Shown: positions 37,431 through 50,568 of the stretch, piece by piece
Layout of the letters: every line of letters begins with the position of its first letter
How positions within the stretch are numbered: position 1 is the stretch's first letter
Assembly (NCBI GenBank): GCA_002633005.1
Contig: NMRA01000726.1
Location: 101,873 to 165,872 of the forward strand
Direction of reading: 5' to 3'
DNA length: 64,000 nt
Source: Phoronis australis
Taxonomy: Eukaryota > Animalia > Phoronida
The notes under the pieces: generated by a model
Database searches by the model: none
Told to the model about the DNA's origin: nothing
What the model saw: only the letters and a program-made list of their open reading frames with translations
Program-made: the position numbers and the translations under genes

Positions 37431-38916
37431 GACCTTGGATCGATCTTCACCTGAAGAACACTGGCAGTTGCAGGTTCCTGCAGGCACCACCAGGTGGTTC
37501 TGTAATAGCGTGACCAATGGTGGTGAAGACTATCTGTATATTTGTGATATGGACGCCCCTCCCACAAGGAAAGCGACTGATAGACTGAAGTCTCTGATAA
37601 CAAAGCACTTTGAAGAAATCTGTCCCATCATACGGGAACATCTCGAGGCCTCGTCGATAAACAAAACTTGGATCGCTTACGAGACCAACCTGTACGGCGC
37701 GTTGAACGAGTATCTGATTCCACTCTACCAGTCTGCATACTCCGACTGTACGGAGACGCTCAAAACTCAAGCGAATGATTTGACTGTAGATGATCTCGAG
37801 ATCAGTGAGGACTGGATTCTGGACATGTTGGTAAAACGCCGTGATAGTGGAATTGGGTCAGAGAAGGAGCTGGAGCAAACGAAACCAAAGGTGTTGCGTA
37901 CTTATGCTGATGAGATGATGTCCGACTTTGAAAAGTTGCACGTTGCTTACGTACCCAAGACAGATGTCTCGTACGCTAGTCATCCAGAATCAGAGAGTTA
38001 TGACGAGGGATGTCACGTGGTAATGGATGAGAGCAGTGGTGGTAGTACCAACTGTCCTACTGGGGAGTCAGAAGGTGCTCCTGTGCCACAGGGCCATTTG
38101 ATTAGTGACAGTGATGGTGAAACGGCCAGTGACGGCACCAACGAATTATCTGGAGATGACATTGCACCCGGTGACCATTTACAGAGTTGTATATCAGACG
38201 GTTCTACGCAACATGTGAATTCTCGTGACACCCTCGATGGTGACCCGTTGGGCGTTACGGGCCCGCTGTCAGTTGCACCTCACGACAATGGTGATGACAT
38301 AAAAATTCCGTGCGACGAATGCAGACATCAGTTTTATGGTGCAGAGGGGAAACCGGTGAATTCCAGTGATGATCCAACCGACCATTACAATATTGGATCG
38401 TATTCTTCCGGAGACAAATTGCTTGTGTCACGTGAGGACAAAAATGGCATTGAAACTGTTCCTGAGGAGTGTACAGATCAATTCCTCAGTCCCGTGCCAG
38501 AAATGGACGAGTCTGTGAAATCACGGGAATACAACGTCCAATCGGAGAAATTCAAGCATGTCTTTGACACAGCCTACCAGTGTTTGATCTCTCTGGGCGA
38601 CGAGAACACACCCCTGAAGAAGATGCAGATGTTGACCAGGTGCCTCCGCGCAATCACAACCACTCTGGCCAAACCAGAGACATCTGGATGTCAGTCAGCA
38701 CCATGCGCCGATGAGTTGGTCACAATTCTGGTAGTTCTCCTGCTTAATCTCACGCCGGATCAGATCAGTCATCTTTATATCGAGCTTAAGTTTGTCATCG
38801 ATCTGATGGCTCCGTTTCTAGAGAGCGGCGTGCACAGCTACTCTGTCGTTCAGCTAGAGGTGGCGTACCAATACTTGTTCACCAAGCTAATGAAGATCAA
38901 AAATCGTAAAATCTGA
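37431..38916 (+). CDS. VPS9-domain gene copy 2, terminal exon D
   Basis: tctttaccag|g acceptor; open to TGA at 38916; VPS9 motifs CADELVTIL and LESGVHSYSVVQLEVA. Confidence 0.9.
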
Positions 38917-39907
38917 TTGGCTCAGTCTTTAATCTTGCACATGATCTCATCTTGACTGTGGTTTGTTATAGAAAACTAAAAGTTAAACAGTTTTCTTTTA
39001 GGGAAAGTTACTTTTTATGTAACCCGGGTGGAAAAATAATCAAAATAGCACTTACCATATAACCAAGGTGGAAGAATGATCCCGACTTGGTGCTAGCCCT
39101 GTATCTTGCCACTATAATGTGTAGATGGTGTCACTATTGGATTTGTTCATCTGGGTTACGTTCTGCAGACACGGGAGCCTCACGAAAAACCAAAACCATG
39201 CAAATGCGCATGTTTGCGAGTATTCTCATAAGCTTGCTAGTGTACCCTCACAAAATGGCTGCCACTGAAGTGATTGGTTGGTGAGGTCACGATGTTCACT
39301 TAAGGGACAGTCTATCATAGAATTCAACATTTCCGTTCCATAAGCGAAAATTTCTTGCCATGTAGCAGTAGTGCCTTTATTTACAGAAGGCATCCCCGGT
39401 CAGGGAATTTCTGGGTCCTTTCCCTTCACTCTGAGAATACAAATTTATGGCCATTTGTCCTTTAATGTCCTGGGACAACATTGCCTGAACAGGCATACTT
39501 GGTTGCTTGCTGTGTATCTGCTGAATTGAACTGTGATGTAGTACCTCCTGAATACAGGAGATGGTGACAAAACCTAGTCAAATACGGGCTGTGGTTGTGT
39601 GCTGTTGTTTTGGACCGTCAGTTTCAGCACATGGTGTTGAGAACGGGTACCTTATGCAATGTTTTTTGTATTTTACGAATAAGAAGTTTTAGGACAGGGG
39701 TAGTGTTTTAAAGTACCCATTTATCGTTCCAGAGGAAGTTAATAATTATATTTTTTGCCATTTGGTTCTGTTTTTACAGTGCATCTGGCTACTGGAAAAT
39801 ATGAATGTGACAAGTTTTAAATTATTCAAGTGTGCAACACACTAAACATTTTAGAGAAAATGTTTGTATTGTTTTACATTTTGTGGTCTGTGCCTTAGGG
39901 TATTGCC

Positions 39908-40182
39908 GTCTGTTTCATGAAAAGTGACTCAAGACTAAGACAGGAATTTGGCCTAATGCCCCCACCTCAAAGTTGTCAAATAAAGGTTTTCTAGTGAATT
40001 ATGAGAGCACCACTGCATGAAAAAAATTGTACAAATTTTCTCACTAAGTAACATATATTTGTGTATTCACAGGTACTGTATTCTTTGCTAAAATGAGTTT
40101 CAACAATTTTGTTAGAAATGGTCATGTGGAGCGCAAGACCAAATGTCTGTCTTAAGTCTTACATCAGTGTCGTGAAACAGAC
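39908..40182. mobile_element. Degenerate MITE
   Basis: gtctgtttcatgaaa...agactaagaca and tgtcttaagtct...tcgtgaaacagac form imperfect terminal inverted repeats. Confidence 0.55.
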
Positions 40183-40585
40183 CGTGGTCCCAGTACCTGA
40201 CTGACTGTTTTACAAAACCTTATTTTTTTTTCTTCTAGCCTCTGTGATACATTCACTGTGCGGCATTCCAGTAGATGATTAGACAAAACTTGATTCCAGC
40301 TCAATCAGATCTGGTCACTTTACCAGGAAAGTGAGCTCAAGAGCTCTTTAGAATTATAGTCTTACCGGTATTTATTTACTTATTTTTCTATACACATGTG
40401 TTATATTGATGCCGTCATGGCTGACTATAGACCTAGCTGGAACACATTGTAAATATTTTTGTTTGTTTTACTATTAAGTATTTCAGGATGTTTTAACATT
40501 TGGGTTATTTTATCCTATATAGGTTTATCTGAGTGTATGGTATATAAGTTTGATTCTCGCCTGTCTTGCTACCCCGATGGATCAG

Positions 40586-40996
40586 GGCCCGGTCTCTAAT
40601 CTTTGTACTCAAAACGAACTCGAAACTATTTTTGGCAATTTCTCTGCTCCATTTGTGGGAACTTAAGATAATTGGTTATCAGACTGTGCTCGAATACATT
40701 ATAGTTTATGCATAGGAGTATCTAGTTTAAGTTTGCCCTTGAAGACCCTTATATTCGTGCTACAAACTCGAGTAAAAACTCGAAATTTCGAGTTCAAACT
40801 CGAACTTATTGCTTTAATATTGGGTTTGCAAACTGTGAACTAAGGGCAATAAATTATCTACGTTAGTTATTGTGTACTCGAGCGTTAGTAGAATAATAGA
40901 CACTTATCTTGAGTTCGCCCAAAAGTAGAGTAGAAAATGCCAAAACTAATTTCGAGTTCCATTTCGAATGTTATAAAAAAGATTGGAGACTGGGCC
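40586..40996. mobile_element. MITE with GGCCC termini and CAG TSD (PIF/Harbinger-like)
   Basis: cag|ggcccggtctctaatcttt ... aaagattggagactgggcc|cag; internal ctcgaa/ttcgag repeats. Confidence 0.75.
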
Positions 40997-43900
40997 CAGG
41001 TATTAATGTGGAAAATTCCTACTTTTTAAAGTATAGTTGTCTAACAAATACAATGTACAATAGTGATCAACTAAATATTCAATAGGTGGCGCTCAGGAAT
41101 AATAGGCCTTCTTCTAACGGTTGAATAGATTGAGAGTAGAAGATAATTTGTCAGTGTGAGGGTGTTAGTGTGAGAAGGGGCCCATGTATTGGTCCCTTGC
41201 TTCACTTGCGACACCTGGTGAATTTTTAGTTCCTCATTGGAATTAAGCCGTGAAAATCATGCTTGAACGCATTACATCTGGGAATAGAAACATTCCATCT
41301 TGGCGTTTGCAGGTTTATTTCCTCTTCCAAAAATGTTGTGTCATTGTGATCAATAACTATTGCTAGTGCCGTACAAGACAAAAAACGATCTGACAATATA
41401 CCGTTTCCGTCATCAATGGCTAATTCTGTCAACAGCAAGAATTACTGATAACAGCAAAGATTCCTTGGCCACTGTACTGACCTACTGACCACTATACTCA
41501 CCTACCTTGTAGTTCCTCTTCATTCTTGATCAGGAAAGACTGTTTGACGATGAATTAGCTTTCCTCCCAGTCATGTGTCTCTGGCCATTTTGTCTGAATA
41601 CTTTTGCCTTGTACTATAGGTGGCACTCTGTCTCTGTGGCCAAGTCCCATGTACACAAGACACATGTCATTGTGATCATGTACATCACATAATCACTTGG
41701 TATTTTCCTCTTTTTAAGAGGATTTCCTTTTTTGGTTTCGATTTCCTCTTAATTTGATTTCCAGTTTCCTCTTTCTTTGTCACTTTTTATCATTATTTTG
41801 ACTTTTTCATGCAAACATTTAATTATGGAATGATACGTCAACTGGAAAATTTTCCTCTTTTTGTCATTAGTCATTCCCAGCCCTGTCGCTTCCAGTCCAT
41901 GGCTATATCTACATGTAGTAAAGACTGGCATGATCTTGCATTTTTGTAAGATTTTTGCATCTGAGGAACACATATTCCCTACCGGTCTTTCTAGGTGACG
42001 GACATGTCCACAACGGCCATTTTTTTACAAATGCGGCTGTGAATTTCTATAGTAATCATACTGAACTGTGTTTAAATGAAAGATTCAGTTCTTGCAAAGT
42101 TGACAAATAGTTTTTATCTGAGCACAAAAATAATTGCCACATATACTCTTTCTTCCTTTTTCAACGTGCTGTAAATATTATTGTGAAAGCTTGTATTTTT
42201 TAAAAATATTGCCGGATGGTAGCTCAGGTGCATACCTTGAACATGTGAAGTATCAATTTGCTGCTTAGTGCCTTTTATAGAAAGGAGAAATGAAATTTCA
42301 CTCCGCCATATTGTGTGACCAAAACTAGTTACCCTAAGAAAGAAGTTGTGTTTTGTAGTGATGTGGTCTTATTCACAAGTTGGCGTTTTCGATGATGAAG
42401 GCTGGTCCATTGGGGTTTAAAGCATACCACTATTAGACTCTAGTGATTGGTGCCTTAACATGTTTAGAAGCTCTATAGTGATTCGTTAACAGCATCCACT
42501 CTTTAGTGTGACGTAGACTAGTGTTGGATAACCACAATAGGTATAGGAATGGGAAGCTTTCAAAACTGTAGCATTGTGAGGACTGGTCACCAGTGACCTC
42601 AAGAGGGATAACAAGGAACTTTAAAACTCGTTTAATTCGCATCACGTCCAATCGCATACATTGAAAAAGGGTCTTTTCGCGAAGGCCAACCATTCCCTTA
42701 TGCTGCCTACTGTGAGGACAAAATAACTCCTGGTACAGCTAGGTGGCGCTGTGAGTCAGCAATAACGTGATCAGCTCCCATTAGTTCTTGAAAGTTTCTC
42801 ATTGTAAAGGTGATAAACGCACCTGCACTCTAGTTGGTAGTTACCTGTAGGTAGAGTTTTATTTCATATTTGTGAGAACAGAAAAGGAAATAAAGTGAAA
42901 TGATGTCTAATCAACCTTTTTACTTTCACCTCGTCTTGCTCCATGAACTTGAAGGGAAGTTGGTGCTTGTTGTACTCATTTATTTGGTGACCCCACACTG
43001 TTGTGTATCAATTTACAAGTACAGTCAAGTTATGTGCACAAACCACTGTCGGTATTTACGGGCAAAAAACATGACGTTAGGCAGTGACATCCGGCCAGTG
43101 CTGTAGTGGGGCGTAGGCGCACGTTGGCGCATCCAACCACCTTTTGGCATTTGAACGTAGCGCCTACGCACCGTGAGTTACGTTCAGTGCTCAAGGTGAT
43201 AGGGTGTGCTTTTGGCGCCTATATACTTACCTCCGCTAATTTTACCATTGCAGCACTGCATCCGGCATCAAAAATTTTTACTTCAAGTTCTAATTGGGTT
43301 TCATTTCTTCTGCTTCCCATAACCGTAAATTGACTTCTTGTCTATTTTTGTTCGGACTCGTGAATTTCGATTTCTAAATGTTTGGCAAATTTGGGTGAGC
43401 CCATAGATATGGGCAGACAATGATCGAGCTACATATTTATATATCATTGTGGACGTACACGTGGTCGATCAGCAAGTTACGCCTTCAGGTGCATGACTGC
43501 ACACATCACTATAGAGTGCTGACTTACGTGTCGCTGTACGTAACATTTGAACACTGAGTTTTTCTTTTCGCAAACAACGCCAGTAGGAGGCGTGTTTGTG
43601 GTTATATTAAGCCGAGGACCCCACTTGTTTCCCAGCCGGATCTGCTCAGAGTTTCGATTCATTCGCCATGCATCCGTATACACGTAAACATAATTTTGCT
43701 AATGCAGCCGTTTTGTGACTGGCCCATTAACTTAACACATTGCCTGTGCATGAATGAATTCAGTTGGCCGAGAATAGTCTTTGGTAACCTGGTTCCCGGG
43801 CCTCACAAGCTGACGTCACGAGGGTCTGTGCAGGAGACTAAGTCTTAGGGAGTGTTTTTCGCTCGTTCTCACCAGCATTTATACTAAAAATGCTTATCCT

Positions 43901-44644
43901 GCAATAGGACTATTTTTTGAAAGAGGGCTCCTCCGCACATGTTGCGTTTAAAATGTTGATCTATTTCCCGTCGCGCCCTGTATATCTGACGCGAATGGGT
44001 GTGCGCCTGCCACCCTCTCGCGTCCGTGCTTGGAAGCGGGAGGGCGGATGTGCCTCCAAACAGATAAAACGATGAGGGTTGAAATCTACTAGGTACCGAC
44101 TGGCATAGTTGGCGGGGGACATTTACTGGTACAGGGCGTTCGGTTAAACTGAAATAAGCCAGAGATAAGAGAAACATGCCGTACAATGAGGGAGATAAAC
44201 CATGACAATGAATATAAGAAGACGGAGCCTGTCCCAGTGATGACGCGTAATGCAGCCTACAAATTGTTACCTCTGCCATTTTATGCCAACTTGAAGTTGC
44301 AAGGAAAAAGTTTACCAGGGATAATAATGTGCTTTACTTATTTATTTATTTATTAATTTATTTATTAATGTAATATTTACAATGAGGGTAGCCCCATCAG
44401 TTCAAACTGATTTCCATGGGGCCCTCAGTAAAGACAAACACATAGTAAGACAAAAACAGAATTGCAAAATGATAGACAATATTTAAATAATAAGAAAAGA
44501 ATAAAAATTAACACGGAAAGACCGATGAAACAAAATAAAAAATAAAATATGATAAATAGAAGATAAAGAAAGTAAGACAAGATAATTAACTAAAATATAA
44601 ATAATTAAAAACAGACTATAAATAATTAATAAAAATAGGGCATA

Positions 44645-44687
<43 letters not shown>

Positions 44688-44840
44688 CACACACGCATGT
44701 ATACACATACACTCTTACACACACATACATAAACATACATATATACATATATAAATACACACTCACATACATACATGCATAAATACAAACATACACGTGA
44801 TTAAACAACTACATACACACATATACACGCATGTACACTG
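44645..44840. repeat. (CA)n / (CATA)n microsatellite
   Basis: Direct reading. Confidence 0.95.
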
Positions 44841-44959
44841 CACATGAATAAACAATAGTCTGATACTGTTTACTATACGTTTCAGTATTGCGCGGTTGTC
44901 AAAGCGAATGTAAAAGTTCGCACGCAGCTTGCTTTATCAAGCCAATGACCAAAATTTAT

Positions 44960-45450
44960 TGGGGGAGTTTTCCATTAACGAGAACACATGAAACGTTTTA
45001 CAACGAAAGAGCTTAGTTGCTAAACAGTTAAATACAAACATTGACCAACGTTTGACAGTATAAACTTCTCTCTACCTTGTGGTCCAGTAAATTGCCAAAT
45101 TGTCGAACTGAAACTGAAACTGAAACTTCTTTTACCTTCAAGTAAAATCAACCGTACTGAGAACTTATTGGCCGGTAGTGAGGCTCAAACTTTCACAGCG
45201 CCGCACGAACACAACAAAGGAACTAAATTGCTAAGCAACAGAGAAATATTGAGACACGTTAGTTTGTAACCGACCGTGTTGAGGGTAATTCCTGACCTTG
45301 GGTTTCCCCCGACTTCCATTTATAGATCCCTGCCCCGGTTTGATAGTTCGATATTACTGAGGTGAATATTTCAGCGAACTGCATCAACAACCGAATGAGA
45401 CTGAACTGCATCTGCGGCCCTGGCGATTAGGTCAGACAGGCCAGGTAAGC
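44960..45450 (+). promoter_or_regulatory. Candidate promoter / 5' UTR exon of copy 3 with tandem ISRE-like and kappaB-like motifs
   Basis: gaactgaaactgaaactgaaact at 45105-45127; ggggagttttcc at about 44962, gggtaattcc at about 45283 and gggtttcccc at 45300; strong donor ccag|gtaagc at 45444/45445. Confidence 0.4.
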
Positions 45451-45700
45451 ATTTTCATTGTCCCGCCGTTTGTGTCTCCTAAGGGATTTTCTCGGCGATA
45501 AGGGTAATTTCACAGACATCTGCATTTGCGCAGAATCGGCGTACTGAGACACGACTGCTCCGCAGTAGCCGAACACTCTGTCGCTAAGCCAAATCCCACG
45601 CACTATTTGCAAATTTTGATGTGTCTTTGGCTTGCTATTTTTTCTTTTCACAAATCATTCAAAAAGAGGTTGTTCACCGTGTCATGTATTTTCCCTCTAG

Positions 45701-45832
45701 TTCAAACATGAATGAAGTGATCGCGGAGATGGTGGCTGATGAAAGCCACGTGGTTGGCGCCAAGCACACCGAGTTCTGTCAGTTAGTTACTAAGATATGC
45801 CAGGATGCTTGCCGAGAGGACGCTTATTACAG
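45701..45832 (+). CDS. VPS9-domain gene copy 3, truncated exon C (candidate start ATG at 45708)
   Basis: ttccctctag|t acceptor, caaacATGa start context and tacag|gtaatg donor. MNEVIAEMVADESHVVGAKHTEFCQLV...DAYYR matches the 3' half of exon C of copies 1 and 2. Confidence 0.7.
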
Positions 45833-46591
45833 GTAATGCTCATTACTTTCTACATTTCTTCTCTCTAACTTCCCTGACTGACCTTGCACAGAGAGAATTA
45901 GGATACGTGAAAGTGTCGGTGTTTTGTAGTTCCGTAGCGTATGGACGTGAAGTTGACAAAAATTCCAAAAGGTGTATTCAAAACAAAAGAAGTCATCGCC
46001 AACAGACTCGTTGACCGCAGTATGTGGCTCTCCTCTGTTTTTGTAACACGGTTTTGCCAGAATGTGAACATTGAGTAAGCTAAAATCACAGAAAATTTGC
46101 TCGCGATACTGCTTGTGTTATGGTATTCTACTTACAATGGTAAGCATGACACGTTGAACGTCTTAAGCTGGGCGTTTTGAGTAAGGTCTGTTTTTATTCA
46201 TTCTTAATGTACGCTGCTTCCATTCAAATAGTTGTAATTTTAACTGAAGCCATGATGAACACATCTTCTGTAATATGCCAACAAACAGCCATACGCTCGC
46301 TCCTAGTTAGACCCTACTCAAGTATTTTGCTTGCGCCTCAATTTCGGCCACGAGCATATGTGCGCTCTGGTTCATGTGCTCCCTGGTTCATTCAATTACC
46401 CCAATGCAGCCCTAATTCGTCTTTTTGCAATGCATTTTAAAGGTAGTTTACACTTTAGATTGAGTGACCCTAATGACTGTAACTGAGGCGACGAGATTGG
46501 TTCGCTTGCATGGTTGGCGTGTCACGGTAGGACGAAGCTTCTTTTTACGAGCGTGCCACCTTACTGACAAAAATTGTTACTTATTCACTAG

Positions 46592-48068
46592 GACCTTGGA
46601 TAAAACTTCGCCTGATTGGGAACACTGGGAGATGCAGGTTCCATCGGGCAGCAACGATTGGTTCTGCTATACCGAGGTTAAGGGGTGCGACGGTTATCTG
46701 TATGTCTGTTACAATGACGCCCCTCCGGCGAGGAAAGCAATCGACATGTTGAAGGATATGATCGACGAGCACCTCGGAAAAGTGTGTCTGTTGATACAAG
46801 AGCATATGATTAAGCCGTTGTCGGTGAACGAGGTTTGGAATGCGTACGAGATCATTTTTTGCAATGCTTTGAATTTGAACGACTCTTTGATTCCGCTGTT
46901 TGAGTGTGCGTACTACAACCGTACTGAGTTGCTAAAAACGAGGGCATGTGATTTGACTGTAGAGGCTTTGAAGATCAGGGAGACCTGGATTCTAGACATG
47001 TTGGTAAAACCCAGGGATGTTGGAATCTGGTTGAAGAAAGAAACAGAAGAACTTAGCTTGGATACCCAGGTTACGGACTCATATCTCATGATGTCCGATA
47101 GAACCAAAAAGAATCTCAGTTGCGATGATCAGTCAAGTGCGGACAGTTCTGAGGACGATTGCAACCAAATGAAAAACAGCGAGACCTTCAGTGGCGGCAC
47201 CAGCTGTTTTGAATACCAAACACTGCATGGTGTCTCAGTCAAAGCAGAAACTCAGTGCTTTCAAGACTGTAGCTCACATGTGCAACCCACGAATTCACCA
47301 GATACTGACAATGATGATTCTTGGGTGATATTGAATGTACCCGGTGCCCCGTCGATAGCTTTGGACGATGACCATGAGGACATTACTACTATTCCGTCGT
47401 GTGATCGATGTCGATGCCAGTTTTATAGTTCCAGTAAATCTTCTGCTTCTTTCAAAGACAGTCGTGCATGGCTATCTATAGGTAATAGTTGCCCGGATGA
47501 AGTGAATCGTTCTTTAAGTAAGAAACATGTTGCTTCTGAAATGTGCTGTGACAAAGCTCGTATTTCCGGGATCAAACGTAAGGATCAATTCCACAATTCA
47601 ATTCAATTCAAACCAGGCGTGCATTTAGATTGTGTTGCGCCTGAAAAATCGATGATTAGATCAAGTGAATTTTGCGTCGAATCGGAGAAGTTCAAGCACG
47701 TCTTTGACTCAGCCTACCATTGTCTGACCTCGCTGGGCGACGAGAACACACCCCTGAAGAAGATGCAGATGTTGACCAGGTGCCTCCGCGCAATCACAAC
47801 CGCCCTGGCCAAACCAGAGACGTCTGGATGTCACTCGGCACCATGCGCCGACCAGTTGGTGACGGTTCTGGTGGTTCTGTTGCTCAACCTCACACCGGAT
47901 CAGATCAGTCGTCTGTATGTCCAGTTAGAGGTCCTTAAGCTCACCGTCGATCTCATGACACATTCTCTATTGAGCGGTGAACATAGCTACTCCGTCACTC
48001 AACTAGAGGTGGCGTATGAGTACGTTTTAACCAATCTGACGGATCGTGAATCGTACTTCGGAACATGA
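46592..48068 (+). CDS. VPS9-domain gene copy 3, terminal exon D
   Basis: ttattcactag|g acceptor; open to TGA at 48068; VPS9 motifs CADQLVTVL and LLSGEHSYSVTQLEVA. Confidence 0.85.
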
Positions 48069-49135
48069 CTGGGTAGTCAGTTGGCTCCTGATCTCACTAG
48101 TATTGCGGTCTTGGGACTGGGTTTTTTTTTTCTCCTCGCCCTACCCTCACTCCCGCCTCTGACTAGTGGTTGGCAGGTCGATAAAACATGTTACTTTTTT
48201 CCATTGCCAAATCGTGCTCATCTTTAATTCGTTCAAAAGATAGTAGTTTTACAGTTGAAAAACAATTTATCTTATTAGTTTCAAATAATGTGCTTTGCAT
48301 CGCGCAAATATTTCCGTGTAGTTGCGCGGGGACACAAACTTAACTTTAATTTACACCTGACTGGCTACTCTGAAGAAAACTGGGACAAACCATCCTGTGG
48401 TCATAAAGTCGGCCTAAGTATACTTACTTCAAGTTCAATCATAACTATCATTTTTACACAATTCTATTGTTCGACGACTCTTTTCCTGAAGCAAGAAATT
48501 TCGTGATTGCATTTAGACCGGCCAGTTCTTGGTCAGTTGTTGATTTAGGCCTATTCCGGTCAGGAAGCCGGGGATTGAAAGGAGACCAACTCATAGTATT
48601 CACTATACTATTGCTGCGTTCGAGATTTCAGAGGTCACGTGACCGTGGCTTGGCTGCCACATCGAATCCTTTTATCATCATTATGAACGGCGGGCCAGTT
48701 GTGATTTTCTAAGAGACATAATCGGGATTAAACCCGAGAAACGTGTTTTGGGAGTATTGTTAACTACAATCGACTTACTGAAATTATTAGCTTTGACCAG
48801 CTTCCATAAAACAACATGTATTTATCAATGTACTTTCATTACCAATCACTGATTCCCTACGTTGACTTCCAGCCATTTGTTAGTAATTGAAATCACACAT
48901 CCGGTGACTTCAACGTTTTTAACAATTCTCGGTTGTTTGCTGCTTTGGCTTTTGGCTCCACAACCAAAGTGTCAGACTGCTACCGCTGATGTTTTGAGTT
49001 CTAACACGTCTCAAACGCATACCATTACCACCGATGATGTCTCTTTGAATCTTGTGCATTTTTCATGCAAACTATGCTCCATTGATTATTCATGTGTACA
49101 TAACTATGTCGTATTATTAGTAGTGATATCCCGGC

Positions 49136-49309
49136 CAGGGGCGGATCCGGGATTTTAAGTTGGCGGGAGGGGGCAGGGCTAAGTATTAGCCAGGATTTTG
49201 CCCGTCAGCTGAGACAGTCGCAAGGCCCTGCGCTGCCAAATGGAATCTGGGAGAATTTCAGGGGGCATGGCGCCCTTTCACTCTCCCCCACCCCCCAAAT
49301 CCGCCACTG
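49136..49309. mobile_element. MITE, related family
   Basis: caggggcggatccggg ... aaatccgccactg; no clean TSD. Confidence 0.65.
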
Positions 49310-49463
49310 TATCCCACACGTGCATATACTGTAACAGTGTCATTTATTTTGTGATATATTTATAGTAGTCCTTATTTGTTTTTTATTTACTATCAGTGTC
49401 ACGAGGGAGTGTACTTTTTTAACCGTGTAAATGAAACAGACGGAATAAATACATATTTTTTCA

Positions 49464-50568
49464 CGACCACTGTAACTAATTTTTGCTGAAAATATCACAC
49501 ACACGCTTACACAGAAATCAACTTTGAAAAAGAACTCAGGCTGATTTTATAATTTTTAAACTATAAACTATTAAAATATACATTGATGATAACCTGATCA
49601 TTTGATCATTCAACTGAGAATTTCCACACTTTTCAGCTTTTTCCTCTGTGTCACCTGAATTTTAAGGGAAGTGTACAATTGTGTTAATTAAATATCCCCG
49701 TCATTAATTTGGAACGTATTTGTCATAAACAGTAAGCACGGGCACAAGCAGCGAATCAGTTCAAGGATTCAAAAGACTGTAAATTCCATGACAAAGTGTT
49801 ATGGAACAAACGCACATCGAATTACGGAGCTATCAGCTCCGGAACGGGCTTCCTGGTGAGGTGATGAACAATTCACCCGTCACTCCAGAAGTGATGCTCG
49901 TGGCCCGCCGGAATAATTAATTTCCTGGTCGTCGTTGTTTACATCAGTGCATTTCGGACTACCCCGCTTTACTTCGGACACGCTTCTGTGTACGTCAGCT
50001 TGTGTCAAGTTAGACCANCGACCACTGTAACTAATTTTTGATGAAAATATCACACACACACTTACACAGAAATTAACTTTGAAAAAGAACTCAGGCTGAT
50101 TTTATAATTTTCAAACTATAAACTATTAAAATATACATTGATGATAACTTGATCATTTGATCATTCAACTGAGAATTTCCACACTTTTCAACTTTTTCCT
50201 CTGTGTCTGAATTTTAAGGGAAGTGTACAGTTGTGTTAATTAAATATCCCCGTCATTAATTTGGAACGTATTTGTCATAAACAGTAAGCACGGGCACAAG
50301 CAGCGAATCAGTTCAAGGATTCAAAAGACTGTAAATTCCATGACAAAGTGTTATGGAACAAACGCACATCGAATTACGGAGCTATCAGCTCCGGAACGGG
50401 CTTCCTGGTGAGGTGATGAACAATTCACCCGTCACTCCAGAAGTGATGCTCGTGGCCCGCCGGAATAATTAATTTCCTGGTCGTCGTTGTTTACATCAGT
50501 GCATTTCGGACTACCCCGCTTTACTTCGGACACGCTTCTGTGTACGTCAGCTTGTGTCAAGTTAGACC
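49464..50568. other. Direct duplication 49464-50016 / 50019-50568 across the N at 50018
   Basis: Near-identical ~550-bp copies joined by one N. Confidence 0.9.

Noticed and set aside
44483-44808. Cys/Val/Tyr-rich ORFs
   Set aside because: They are translations of the (CA)n microsatellite.
46464-46591. ORF-track N-termini of the long ORFs (also 37381-37430, 35595-35663 and the tails after donors)
   Set aside because: Paralog similarity starts and stops at AG/GT splice sites, so these extensions are intronic.
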